From positions 224,001 through 288,000 of the forward strand of contig JBGAML010000001.1 of the NCBI GenBank assembly GCA_044223005.1: a stretch of DNA of 64,000 nt. The letters run 5' to 3'. The position numbers were made by a program, and so were the translations under genes. Positions 38,260-47,841 of the stretch are shown here, piece after piece. Origin of the DNA: Candidatus Eiseniibacteriota bacterium (lineage in GTDB: Bacteria; Eisenbacteria; RBG-16-71-46). Numbering within the stretch: the first letter of the stretch is position 1; every line of letters begins with the position of its first letter. The notes beneath the pieces are model-generated. The model worked only from the letters and a program-made list of their open reading frames with translations. It had not been told where the DNA came from and made no database searches.

Positions 38260-39605
38260 GGCGTCCTCCCCTGCCCGGCGTCCATGCCGGTCGAGCCCAC
38301 GGCCGCGCCCATGCCGGCGATCGCCGCCTGCAGCCGGCTCTCCGAATCGATCAGGAACGACGCGCTCGCGACCACGGTGTCGCCCTCGGCCACGCCGCGC
38401 AGGATCGTCACGCGCTCGCCGGCCGAGGTGCCTGGGAACACCTCGCGCGGCTCGAAGCGCCCGCCCGCGTGCGCGAGGAACACGTATGCGTGATCGCCCG
38501 TGCGGATCACCGCCTCGTCGGGCACGGTGAGCGCGGGGCGCCCCGGCGCGGCCACGCGCACGCGGCCGTACATGCCGGGCCGCAGCACGCCGTCGGGGTT
38601 GGCGAGCGAGAGCCGCGCCTTGAGCGTGCGCGTCTGGTCGGAGACGGTCGGGTACACGAACTCGATCCGGCCCGTGAACTCGCGCCCGGGATACGCGTCG
38701 ACGACGAGGCGCGCCGCGTCGCCCACCTTCACGCGCGCCGCGTCCATCTCGTAGAGGTCGGCGAGCACCCACACGCGCGAGAGGTCCGCCAGCGTGAGCA
38801 GCGGCGTGTCGGCGCCGACGTACTGGCCGGCCACTGCGCCGCGCTCGAGCACGGTGCCCGACACCGGGGCGCGCAGCACCACCTGCTTCGCTGCCGTGCC
38901 CTCGTGGTCGAGCCGGTGGATCTCCTCCTCCGGCACGCCCTGGAGCCGCAGCCGCTCAGCGCCCGCGGACGTCGCGTCGGAGGCGGTCATGCCCGCCATG
39001 CCCGCACCGCCGCCACCCCTTGCGATCAGGTACTCCTGCTCCGACGCGTAGAGCTCGGGGCTGTAGATCGCGAGCAGCGGCTGGTCCCGCCGCACGGATT
39101 CGCCCGTCTGGTTCACGTACAGCTCGCGGATCCAGCCCGGCACGCGCAGCTGCACGCGGCGCAGGCGCGTCTCGTCGGGGGTCACGAAGCCCACCAGGTC
39201 GAGCGCGTCGCCCAGCGAGCCGCGCTCGACGCGCGCGGTGCGCACGCCGATGCGCTGGATGCGCTCCGGCGTGATCTCGACGGTCGTGAGCCCGGGGACA
39301 CCGCCGGCGGCCGGCGGCTCGGCCGCCCTGCGTTCGACGGGCACGAGCTTCATGCCGCAGATGGCGCACTCGCCGGGCTGGTGCGACGTGACGCTCGGGT
39401 GCATCGGGCACGTCCAGAGCGTGGCCGCTTCCGCGCTCGCGCCGGCGTGCCGCGCGCGCTTCACGATCACGTAGCCGGCGACGCTCGCGACCGCGAGCAC
39501 GACGAGCCCCGCCAGCAGCAGCACGCGGACCACGTTCATGGCCGCGGCCCCGGGCGGCGGCTGGTGCATTCCGCCTGCAGGCGTCGGTTCGTGGGGAGCG
39601 TTCAT
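38256..39605 (-). CDS. cusB: CusB-like periplasmic adaptor with heavy-metal-binding domain
   Basis: WTCPMHP...PGECAICGMKLVP, IYSPEL, LRPGMY and FLIDSES; ATGA and GTGA overlaps with its neighbours. Confidence 0.92.
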   Translation of the reverse strand: MNAPHEPTPAGGMHQPPPGAAAMNVVRVLLLAGLVVLAVASVAGYVIVKRARHAGASAEAATLWTCPMHPSVTSHQPGECAICGMKLVPVERRAAEPPAAGGVPGLTTVEITPERIQRIGVRTARVERGSLGDALDLVGFVTPDETRLRRVQLRVPGWIRELYVNQTGESVRRDQPLLAIYSPELYASEQEYLIARGGGGAGMAGMTASDATSAGAERLRLQGVPEEEIHRLDHEGTAAKQVVLRAPVSGTVLERGAVAGQYVGADTPLLTLADLSRVWVLADLYEMDAARVKVGDAARLVVDAYPGREFTGRIEFVYPTVSDQTRTLKARLSLANPDGVLRPGMYGRVRVAAPGRPALTVPDEAVIRTGDHAYVFLAHAGGRFEPREVFPGTSAGERVTILRGVAEGDTVVASASFLIDSESRLQAAIAGMGAAVGSTGMDAGQGRTP

Positions 39606-40897
39606 CGGGCGACCTCCGTGGCGACGGGCGCGGGAGCACCGAAACGGTCTCCGCGCGCGGTGACGGTGAGCAGCTCGCCCTCGGTGTGCGCGAGTTCCGC
39701 GCGCGACCGGGTGAGCGCGAGTTCCTGGGCGTAGAGCACGTGCATGGCATCGAGCACGCGCCCGAGATCCGCGGTCCCCGCGCGGTACGAGGCGCGCGTC
39801 GCCTCGAGCGCGCGCGACTGCGCGACCACCACCGTGTCCGCGAGCAGCGCGACCGTGCGGCGGCCGGCGAGCGCGCGGGCGTGGAGCGACGTCACACGCT
39901 GCGCGAGGTCGAGCGCGGCGGCGCGGCGTTCGTCGCCGCGGGCGCGCGCCATGGCGTCCATTTCGGCGCCCTGCGCGCGTTCGCGGCTGCCGGCGAAGAC
40001 GGGCAGCATCAGCCCGACGGTCGCCGACCACATGTCGTCGAGCTTCTGGTCCATGATCGTGCCGCGCATGCCGTACGACACGCCGAGCTGCAGGTCCGGC
40101 CACGCCATGCGCCGCATCGCGCGCGCCGAGATCGCGTCGCGATCGGCCTCCGCCTGCAGTGCGCGCAGGCGCGGATGCGGTGCGTCCGCGGTCCACTCCG
40201 CCGCCGTCGCCGGCAGCGTCACGTCGGGTGGCGCCGCGAGCGTGTCGGGCGCGCCGCCGGGGTCGCGGCCCATCACCGCCGCGAGCCGCGCGTGCGCGTC
40301 GCGCGCTTCGGCCTCGAGTCCCGCAGCCTCGGCGAGCGTCGCGGCGCGTTCGGCCTCGGCGCGCAGCACGTCCTCCAGCCGGCCACCGCCCGAGGCGTAG
40401 CGCGCCTTCGCCGCAGCGAGCATCTGGTCCATTTCGTCCTGGTGCGACGTCGCCATGGCGACGCGGACGTCGGCCCAGTAGGCGTCGGCGTAGGTGCCCC
40501 ACGCCATGCCGAGCGCCTCCCAGTGGGCGTCCTCGGCGTTCGCGCGCGCGGCGGCCCAGCCGGACTCGGCGGCGCGGCGGCGCAGGCCGTTCGCGCCGGA
40601 GACCGGCAGCGCCTGCTGCAGGCCGACCATGCGCATGGTCATCGGGTCCATGTCGAAGCGGCCGCCGGGTGGCACGTTGAGCGCGCCCAGCTCGAGCATC
40701 GGCGCGGACCACGCGCCGGCGGGCGCGATGCGCTCGCGCGCTGCCGCGGCCATTTCGCGGCGCATCGCGAGCATCGGGTTGCGCGCCGCGACCTCGTCCA
40801 GCACTTCGCGCAGCGTCAGCGCGCGCGCAGCGGGCGCGGCGGCGAGGCACGCGAGTAGTGCGAGCGCGAACGCACGCGACGGATGACGGCTCTCCAT
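39602..40897 (-). CDS. TolC/CusC-like outer-membrane efflux factor, Met-rich
   Basis: Signal peptide and OEP repeat pattern (NP.L, PDLQLG, ARYASG, SYRAG); FDMDPMTMRM; first structural gene of a CBA operon. Confidence 0.88.
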   Translation of the reverse strand: MESRHPSRAFALALLACLAAAPAARALTLREVLDEVAARNPMLAMRREMAAAARERIAPAGAWSAPMLELGALNVPPGGRFDMDPMTMRMVGLQQALPVSGANGLRRRAAESGWAAARANAEDAHWEALGMAWGTYADAYWADVRVAMATSHQDEMDQMLAAAKARYASGGGRLEDVLRAEAERAATLAEAAGLEAEARDAHARLAAVMGRDPGGAPDTLAAPPDVTLPATAAEWTADAPHPRLRALQAEADRDAISARAMRRMAWPDLQLGVSYGMRGTIMDQKLDDMWSATVGLMLPVFAGSRERAQGAEMDAMARARGDERRAAALDLAQRVTSLHARALAGRRTVALLADTVVVAQSRALEATRASYRAGTADLGRVLDAMHVLYAQELALTRSRAELAHTEGELLTVTARGDRFGAPAPVATEVAR

Positions 40898-41017
40898 CTC
40901 GGGATCTCCTCGGAATCGCCATGGGCGGCCGGGCACGGTGCCCGGGCGCGACGGACGTCACCGCGCGCGTTCACGCGAACGCGGCGGGCGAGCCTTCCGG
41001 GCGTGGGCCCGGGGCCG

Positions 41018-41413
41018 TCAGGCGAGCGGAGGAGCGCGGGTGCCGGCCGCGGCGGCCGGCGGCGCGACCGGAGGTCGCGAATCGTCGCCGGGCGGCGACG
41101 GGGCGTGCGCGGCGGCGGGCTCGAGCACGAGGCTCGGCGCCAGGACGCCGGCCTGCAGCGCGTACGTGGACGTCGACGCGGGCGCGTCGAGTTCGGGCGC
41201 GTGGGGCAACGCGATCGAGATGCAGCACGGCCGGCCGCACTCGTGCACCGGAGCCTTCGCGCCGTGCGCGGTCTTCGCGGCCGCCGCGGCGCAGCAGGGA
41301 TGCATCGCCACCGGCTTCTGCGGCGCACAGTCCACGAGCATGCACAGCGGGCTGCCGAGAAGAATCGACAGCAGGCTCGTGAGTGCGACGACGCGGAGCA
41401 GGTGCGAACGCAT
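41018..41413 (-). CDS. DUF2946/CutF/CruR-like leader protein with C-terminal RAPP arrest motif
   Basis: N-terminal hydrophobic signal, CMLVDC/HPCC/HECGRPCC, and end GTRAPPLA-stop; GAGG RBS. Confidence 0.75.
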   Translation of the reverse strand: MRSHLLRVVALTSLLSILLGSPLCMLVDCAPQKPVAMHPCCAAAAAKTAHGAKAPVHECGRPCCISIALPHAPELDAPASTSTYALQAGVLAPSLVLEPAAAHAPSPPGDDSRPPVAPPAAAAGTRAPPLA

Positions 41414-41672
41414 GGCATCCTCGGGTGGTACGGCCGTGCCGGGTGCGTTCCCCAGCATCACGAGCATAGCCCAACCGGGGCGGCGCAGCGTGTCAGGCCG
41501 CCGACAGGTCTTCCCGGGTTATCGGCGGGCCGAAAGGCCCGCTGCACGCGCGGGCCGCGAACCGCGGGAGGCCGCGCGGGCCGCGCCCGCCGCGGCCGGG
41601 CGGCTGGCCGCTCCTCGATCCGTTGGGTAGGCTCGCGGGAACGTCACCTCACCTCCACCCGGACGGCTCCCC

Positions 41673-41903
41673 ATGCGCATCCTCCGCACGCTGATCGTGT
41701 TCATCGTTCTCGGCCTGCTCGCGGTCTTCGTCTGGCCGACGCAGTTCCGGTACGACCACATGACCGTGGACGGCAACATCGTCCCCGTGCGGATCGATCG
41801 CTTCAACGGCGACGCCGACATGCTCGTGCCGGACGAAGGCTGGATCCCCGTCGAGGGCACCGACTCGGGCGGTGGCGACGCCCCCGCCGCGAGGCGCATG
41901 TGA
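41673..41903 (+). CDS. Small single-TM hypothetical protein
   Basis: TM followed by WPTQFRY...VRIDRFNGDADML...GW; its stop overlaps the next start. Confidence 0.65.
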   Translation: MRILRTLIVFIVLGLLAVFVWPTQFRYDHMTVDGNIVPVRIDRFNGDADMLVPDEGWIPVEGTDSGGGDAPAARRM

Positions 41904-43600
41904 GCGCCCGAGCCGCGAGCCCCGCGAACGCGCTGCGCCGGCTCGAAGCGCTGCGCGACACGTTCGGCCGCGACGCGGCGCGCGAGCGGCGCGCGCTCGT
42001 GACGCGGCTTTCGCGCGCGCGGTTCGCCACGGCGGACGCGCTCGCCCGCTTCCATGAAGCCCTCGTGCACGCGCGCGCCTACCCGGACGACGCCGCGACG
42101 CTGCGCGCCGTGGAGCGCGCGCTGCGAGGCTTCGCCGCGCGGCGCGACCTGCGCGCGCATCGCGCGGCGCTCGCCGATTCGGGAATCGCCGGGACGGACA
42201 CGCACTTCCGCTTCTTCGCCGCCACCGCGCTGCGGCTCGCGCGCGCGTGGCCCGAGCGGCTCGCCTACGACTGGGACGCGTGGGACGAACCCGCGCGCCT
42301 CGAGGAACTGCTGACCCTGCTCGCGAGCGAGGCCGAAGTCCCCGGCCTCGACGAGTGGGACCTGGGGCTCCGAGGCTGGCTCGCGCGCATGAAGCGCCCG
42401 CGCACCGGCGACGCGGCATTCGTCACGCGGCGGCTCGCCGAGCGCGTGCGCGATCCATTCCTGTTCGAGAAGCTGCACGACGGGATCGACGCGCCCATGG
42501 TGCTGCACTGGGGCCCCGGCGGTCCCTCGCGCACGCTCGCGCGCTGGGACGGCGCGCCGCGCGTGTACCAGAAGGCTGCGCTGCAGCGCGGCCGGCCCGA
42601 TCTCGCGACCGACGTGCTGCGCCCGCCCGTCTCGGTGACGGCCGTGCCGCGCCGCGAGGGCGAGCGGCTGGTCGCCATGGCCGCCGAGGCGATGGTGACG
42701 CGCAGCCGCGACCTCGACGTGTTCGCGTACGCCGACCCCGACGACGTGCGGATCATCGACTGCGGCGACGGCCTGCAGTTCGCCGCCATGGGCGCGATCC
42801 CGTCGCGGCGTCTGCTGCTGGAGTCCGTGTACGGATTCCTCACGCTCCGGAACGGCGTGCCTGCCGGTTACGTGCTGACGAGCGCGCTCTACGGCAGCGC
42901 CGAGATCGCCTACAACATCTTCGAGACGTTCCGTGGCGGCGAGGCCGGCAAGGTCTACGGCCGCGTGCTCGCGATGACGCGGCACCTGTTCGGCGTCGAC
43001 GCGTTCACGATCTATCCCTACCAGCTGGGCGGCGCCGGCAACGAGGAAGGCCTCGCGAGCGGCGCGTGGTGGTTCTACCGCAAGCTCGGCTTCGCACCGC
43101 GCGACCGCGCCGCGCGGCGGATCGTGGCGCGCGAAGAAGCGCGCATGCGCCGCAACCCCGAACACCGCTCGAGCCGCGCGACGCTGAAAGCCCTCGGGGA
43201 GCACAACGTCTACTGGCACCTCGGGGCGCGACGCGACGACGTGATCGGCGAGCTGCCGCTCGCCAACGTCGGGCTCGCCGCGATGGACTGGGTCGCGCAG
43301 CACTTCGGCGACGATCCCGACCGCGGCGCCGCCGCATGCGCGACGGAAGCCGCCGCACGCCTGGGCGCGGGCCCCGGTCCCGGCTGGACGCCCGCCGAGC
43401 GCCACGCGTTCGCGCGCTGGGCGCCGCTCGCTCTCATGCTGCCCGGCATCGCGCGCTGGAGCGCCGCCGAGCGCCGCGGGATGGCTGCGGTGATGCGAGC
43501 CAAGGGCTCGCGGCGAGAGAGCGACTTCGTGCGCGCGTTCGACGCGCACGCGAAGCTGCGCGAGGGCGTCGCGACGCTGGCGCGGACGACGAAGGCGTAG
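41900..43600 (+). CDS. Hypothetical 566-aa protein with a GNAT-like C-terminal motif
   Basis: Codon usage typical of real genes here; FTIYPYQLG...SGAWWFYRKLGF; GTGA overlap. Confidence 0.75.
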   Translation: MSARAASPANALRRLEALRDTFGRDAARERRALVTRLSRARFATADALARFHEALVHARAYPDDAATLRAVERALRGFAARRDLRAHRAALADSGIAGTDTHFRFFAATALRLARAWPERLAYDWDAWDEPARLEELLTLLASEAEVPGLDEWDLGLRGWLARMKRPRTGDAAFVTRRLAERVRDPFLFEKLHDGIDAPMVLHWGPGGPSRTLARWDGAPRVYQKAALQRGRPDLATDVLRPPVSVTAVPRREGERLVAMAAEAMVTRSRDLDVFAYADPDDVRIIDCGDGLQFAAMGAIPSRRLLLESVYGFLTLRNGVPAGYVLTSALYGSAEIAYNIFETFRGGEAGKVYGRVLAMTRHLFGVDAFTIYPYQLGGAGNEEGLASGAWWFYRKLGFAPRDRAARRIVAREEARMRRNPEHRSSRATLKALGEHNVYWHLGARRDDVIGELPLANVGLAAMDWVAQHFGDDPDRGAAACATEAAARLGAGPGPGWTPAERHAFARWAPLALMLPGIARWSAAERRGMAAVMRAKGSRRESDFVRAFDAHAKLREGVATLARTTKA

Positions 43601-43631
43601 CGGCCGGGGCGCCAGCGCCCCGCCGCTCCCG

Positions 43632-44555
43632 CTACAGGATCGTCTTGCCCAGCGCGCTCAGCGCGAGTTCGGTCGCGAGGACGCCGGTCAGGTTCTGGTG
43701 GTCGAGGATCGGGTTCACCTCGACCAGGTCCAGCGCCACGATGTTCGCGCGGTCGTGGATCATCTCCATCGCGAGGTGCGCTTCGCGATAGCTGATGCCT
43801 CCCCACACGGGCGTACCGGTGCCGGGCGCGTCCTCGGGATCGACCACGTCGAGGTCGAACGAGACGTGGATGCCCGCGGTGCCGTCGCTGGCGATGCGGA
43901 TGCCTTCGTCCAGGACGTCGCGCATGCCGCGCTCGTCGAGGTCGCGCATCGTGTAGCAGGAGATGCCGCTCTTCTTGAAGAACTCGCGCTCGCCCGCGTC
44001 GAGGTCACGAATGCCGATCAGCACGCAGTTGCGCTTCGGGATCTTGGGCGAGCGGCCGCCGAGCTTCACCAGGTCGGGATCGCCGATGCCGAGGTTCACG
44101 GCGAGCGACATGCCGTGGATGTTGCCGCTCGGCGTCGTCTTGGGCGTGTTGGCGTCACCGTGCGCGTCGAACCAGATCAGGCCCAGCGACTCGCCCTGCT
44201 TCGCGTACCAGTTCGACGTCCCGGCCACCGAGCCGATCGCGATGCTGTGGTCACCACCCAGCACGAGCGGCATGCGTCCGTGTTCGAGCACCTCGTCCAC
44301 CTTCTGCATCAGGTCGAGGTTGGCCTTGAGGATCGGGCCCTTGTAGCGCAGGGAGTCGCTGCCGACCTTCTGGGTCTCGGCGATCATCACGTCGATGTCG
44401 CCGTAGTCGGTCACCTTGTGGCCGAGTCCCTCGAGGCGCTTCTCCAGGTCCGCGATGCGGATCGCCGAGGGCCCCATGTCGACACCGCGTCGGCCCGCGC
44501 CCAGGTCCAGCGGCACGCCGATGACTCCGATGTTGCGCTTGCGCTTGTTCGCCAT
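43632..44555 (-). CDS. rocF: Arginase
   Basis: GVDMGP, GGDHS, DAHGD.NT, SGNIHGM, SFDLDVVDP and DLVEVNP. Confidence 0.95.
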   Translation of the reverse strand: MANKRKRNIGVIGVPLDLGAGRRGVDMGPSAIRIADLEKRLEGLGHKVTDYGDIDVMIAETQKVGSDSLRYKGPILKANLDLMQKVDEVLEHGRMPLVLGGDHSIAIGSVAGTSNWYAKQGESLGLIWFDAHGDANTPKTTPSGNIHGMSLAVNLGIGDPDLVKLGGRSPKIPKRNCVLIGIRDLDAGEREFFKKSGISCYTMRDLDERGMRDVLDEGIRIASDGTAGIHVSFDLDVVDPEDAPGTGTPVWGGISYREAHLAMEMIHDRANIVALDLVEVNPILDHQNLTGVLATELALSALGKTIL

Positions 44556-44626
44556 CGGGAGACCCTACACGGCCGCGCTGGGCCGGTCCAACGCCCGGCC
44601 GCCGGGGCCCGGGGCGCGCCGGAACG

Positions 44627-47326
44627 TCAGGCGGCCCACCGATGCACGCAGTCGTGCAGCTTCTCGGGCACGATCGGCTTGGTGAGGAAATCGTCCATTC
44701 CCGCCTCGATGCAGGCCTCGTGGTCCGACTTCAGCGCGCTCGCCGTGAGGGCGACGATCCGCGGGCCGCTGCCGCGCGGGAAGCGGCGGCGGATCTCGCG
44801 CGTCGCCTCGAACCCGTCCATGTTGGGCATGTGACAGTCCATGATGACGAGGTGGTACGACTTCTCCTTCACCGCCTCGACCGCAAGCTGTCCGTCCCCC
44901 ACGACCTCGACGTCGCAGCCGGCCTTCTCGAGCAGCCGCTTGGCGAGCTTCTGGTTGACCGAGTTGTCCTCGGCCACCAGCACGCGCACCTGTTCGCCGT
45001 CCGCGCGCGCGAGGGGCTTCACCTCGGCGAGCCCCGTGGGCCGCGGCAGCAGCACGGTGTTGGCCGGCAGCGGCAGGTCGAACCAGAAGATCGAACCGCG
45101 CCCCTCTTCGCTCTCGACGCCGACCGCGCCCCCCATCAGCTCCGCCAGCCGCCGCGAGATCGCGAGCCCGAGCCCCGTGCCGCCGAAGCGGCGCGTGGTG
45201 GACGCGTCGACCTGCGTGAAGAGCTGGAACAGGTTCCCGAGCTTGTCCCTCGGGATCCCGATGCCGGTGTCCTCGATCTCGATCCGCGCGCGGCTCGACA
45301 CGTCGTCGCGGCGCAGGCGCACGGTGACGCCACCATCGGCCGTGAACTTGATCGCGTTGCCGACGAGGTTCAGCACCACCTGCCGGACGCGCACGGGATC
45401 GCCCTGGAACCCGGTCGGCACGGCCGGATCGGCGTCGAGCAGCAGGAAGAGGCCCTTGGCCTCCGCCTGCGGCCGCATGAGCTCGGTGATCTCCTGCAGC
45501 GTCTTCGGCAGGTCGTAGGGCAGGTGCTCCAGCTCGAGCCGGCCCGCCTCGATCTTCGAGAAGTCGAGGATGTCGTTGATGATCGTGAGCAGCGCCTGCC
45601 CCGAGTTGCGGATCGTGTTGACGCACTCGCGCTGGTCGTCGTCGAGCTTGCTGTCCAGCAGCACGTGCGTGAAGCCGAGCACGCCGTTCATGGGCGTGCG
45701 GATTTCATGACTCATGGTGGCGAGGAACTCCGCCTTGGCCTTCGCGGCCGCCTCGGCGCGGTCGCGCGCCTCGACCAGTTCGCGGTTGGCCTCCTCGAGG
45801 CGCTCCGCGTTGAGCCGCAGGGCTTCCTCGCGCTGCATGTCGAGCGTGACGTCGCGCTGGATCCCGACGTACGCGGTCACATCGCCGAACTCGTCGAGGA
45901 CGGGCGCGATCGACAGTGACGCGTGGAAGCGCGTGCCATCCTTGCGCACGTCGACGAGGCGGCCGGCCCAGCTTTCGCCGCGCGAGATCGTCGCCCACAT
46001 CTCCCGGTAGAACTCCGCGCCCTGCACGCCGCTGTTCAGCACGCTCAACGACTTGCCGCGGATCTCGTCGGCCGACCACCCGGTGATGCGGCTGAACGCG
46101 GGGTTCGTGCGCACGACGTGCCCCTTGCGGTCGGTGAGCACGACGGCGTCCGCCGACGAATCGAGCGCGAGCGCGAGACGGCGCTCGTGCTCCTCCATCT
46201 GGGAGCGCTGGACCACGATCGCGATCGAGGACGCGATCGCCAGTGCGAGCCGCTCGTCCTCGGCGTTGAGGGTATGGGCTTCGCGCCAGCCCAGCGTCAG
46301 CCGTCCGAGGAACTGGCCATCGTGCTGGATCGGGAACACCGCGATGGCGACGAGCCCTTCGTGCGCGAACAGCTCCCGCAGCGAGGCGGGCAGCGCCGAG
46401 TTCGCCACGTCGGTGGTCGAGAACGATTCGTCCGCGCCGAGCCCGAAGTCGAGCGTCCCGCGCTGCTCGATCCACTGGCGCACGTCGTCGGAGAAGCCCT
46501 CCCACGCGCGGAACCGCGGCAGGCCGTTCGGCTCGAGGATCGTGACCGCCGCGCTGTCGGCGCGCAGCGCTTCGCGCGCTCCGCCCACGGCCCCGGCACA
46601 CAGGTCGTCCACCGACCGCCGGCGCAGCATGAGCTCGTTGAGGCCCTGGAGCGCCTCGAGCTGCAGGACGCGCCGGGTGATCTCTTCTTCGTGCTCGACG
46701 ACCTCGGTGAGATCGCGGACGAGGACCGTGAAGCGCGGCTCGTCGCCGCCGGGCGATTCGCAGACCAGCAGGCCCGCGGGGAACGCCGCCCCGTCGCGCC
46801 GCTGCGCGCGCACGCGCCGCCCCTCGCCGTGCCGGACCACCGCGTGACGGGACGCGACGATCCAGTCCTTCTCGCCCGTGACTGCCAGCGCCATCAGCTC
46901 GAGCCCCACGAGTTCCGCCCGGGAATGCCCGAACACCCGCTCGGCCGCCGGGTTGGCGACGAGGATGCGCCCGTCGGAGCCGACGCCGAGCACGGCGTCC
47001 GGAACGGTGTCGACGACGACGCGCTGTCGCGCCTCGCTCGCCGAGAGCGCCGCGACGGCCTGGCGCTCGGCCTCGAAGTGATGCTGCAGCCGGCGTCCGA
47101 GCGGCGCGACGATCCAGAAGTAGAGAATCGGCGCCGCGATCAGGGACAGCGCCGTCGCGTCCGCGAACGAATCCCAGGGCTCGGCGAGACGCAGCCGGGC
47201 GAGCGCGAACATCAGCGCGCACTCGACCACGAAGATCGTGGCGAGCACGCGCGGCAGCACGCTGCCGAGGCCGATGCGCGCCGTCGACGGCGCGGTGTCT
47301 TCGCGGGAATCGCTCGAGTCGTCCAT
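44627..47326 (-). CDS. Hybrid sensor histidine kinase (2 TM, PAS, GAF, PAS, HisKA, HATPase, REC)
   Basis: [38 protein letters not shown] and MDCHMPNMDG; GAGG RBS. Confidence 0.92.
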   Translation of the reverse strand: MDDSSDSREDTAPSTARIGLGSVLPRVLATIFVVECALMFALARLRLAEPWDSFADATALSLIAAPILYFWIVAPLGRRLQHHFEAERQAVAALSASEARQRVVVDTVPDAVLGVGSDGRILVANPAAERVFGHSRAELVGLELMALAVTGEKDWIVASRHAVVRHGEGRRVRAQRRDGAAFPAGLLVCESPGGDEPRFTVLVRDLTEVVEHEEEITRRVLQLEALQGLNELMLRRRSVDDLCAGAVGGAREALRADSAAVTILEPNGLPRFRAWEGFSDDVRQWIEQRGTLDFGLGADESFSTTDVANSALPASLRELFAHEGLVAIAVFPIQHDGQFLGRLTLGWREAHTLNAEDERLALAIASSIAIVVQRSQMEEHERRLALALDSSADAVVLTDRKGHVVRTNPAFSRITGWSADEIRGKSLSVLNSGVQGAEFYREMWATISRGESWAGRLVDVRKDGTRFHASLSIAPVLDEFGDVTAYVGIQRDVTLDMQREEALRLNAERLEEANRELVEARDRAEAAAKAKAEFLATMSHEIRTPMNGVLGFTHVLLDSKLDDDQRECVNTIRNSGQALLTIINDILDFSKIEAGRLELEHLPYDLPKTLQEITELMRPQAEAKGLFLLLDADPAVPTGFQGDPVRVRQVVLNLVGNAIKFTADGGVTVRLRRDDVSSRARIEIEDTGIGIPRDKLGNLFQLFTQVDASTTRRFGGTGLGLAISRRLAELMGGAVGVESEEGRGSIFWFDLPLPANTVLLPRPTGLAEVKPLARADGEQVRVLVAEDNSVNQKLAKRLLEKAGCDVEVVGDGQLAVEAVKEKSYHLVIMDCHMPNMDGFEATREIRRRFPRGSGPRIVALTASALKSDHEACIEAGMDDFLTKPIVPEKLHDCVHRWAA

Positions 47327-47423
47327 GTCCTCTTCGCCGCCCTCCCTGCCCGACGGCACCTGGATGCGGGAGCACCGGGCACGTCGAAAACCGGGCCGCG
47401 GCGCACGGGGCCTTCCTTCGCGG

Positions 47424-47450
47424 GTCTCGACTCGGGGCGTCGAAACTTGA
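47424..47450 (-). promoter_or_regulatory. Putative sigma28/FliA-WhiG-type promoter
   Basis: The minus strand reads TCAAG-N14-GTCGAGAC, about 100 nt upstream of the kinase ATG. Confidence 0.45.
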
Positions 47451-47841
47451 GGCGCACCCCGCGCGAGAATGTGCCCGGTGGCCCCGGGCCGACGTGTCCG
47501 GGTGGCCCCTCGGGCAGATCGCCTGTATTCTCCGGGTAGCGACCGGCACCTCTCCCACGAGCGCGGCAGGCGGAATCCGTACCAGGCCGGACCCGCCGGA
47601 GTTGCCCGCCCAGCGGCCGATCGTGTTCGCCGCACTCCCCGCGGCGCAGTCGCGCCCTCTCTCCGAGTCACAAGTCGACCGTCATTTGGCGGGTGTTCTC
47701 GTCCCGGTACAGCGTCGGGTCGGGCTGGCCGATGATTACCCGATATCGCCTCGCTCGTTCCCCGAACGTGGTCCCGGGCTTCGGTGTACCCCATGCCAAC
47801 TCCGGCCCGGCATCGCTCTTGCGGATAGGGGAAACCAGATC

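Noticed and set aside
41525..41542. GCGGGCC-GAAA-GGCCCGC hairpin with a GNRA loop
   Set aside because: A single short GC stem in GC-rich intergenic DNA, with no further structure to support an ncRNA call.
47500..47620. Possible c-di-GMP/cGAMP (GEMM) riboswitch upstream of the cytochrome operon (CCGGAGTTGCC resembles its 3' end)
   Set aside because: I could not find the GNRA-capped P2 stem or the GCAAA/ACGCAAAG core. An Rfam covariance search would settle it.
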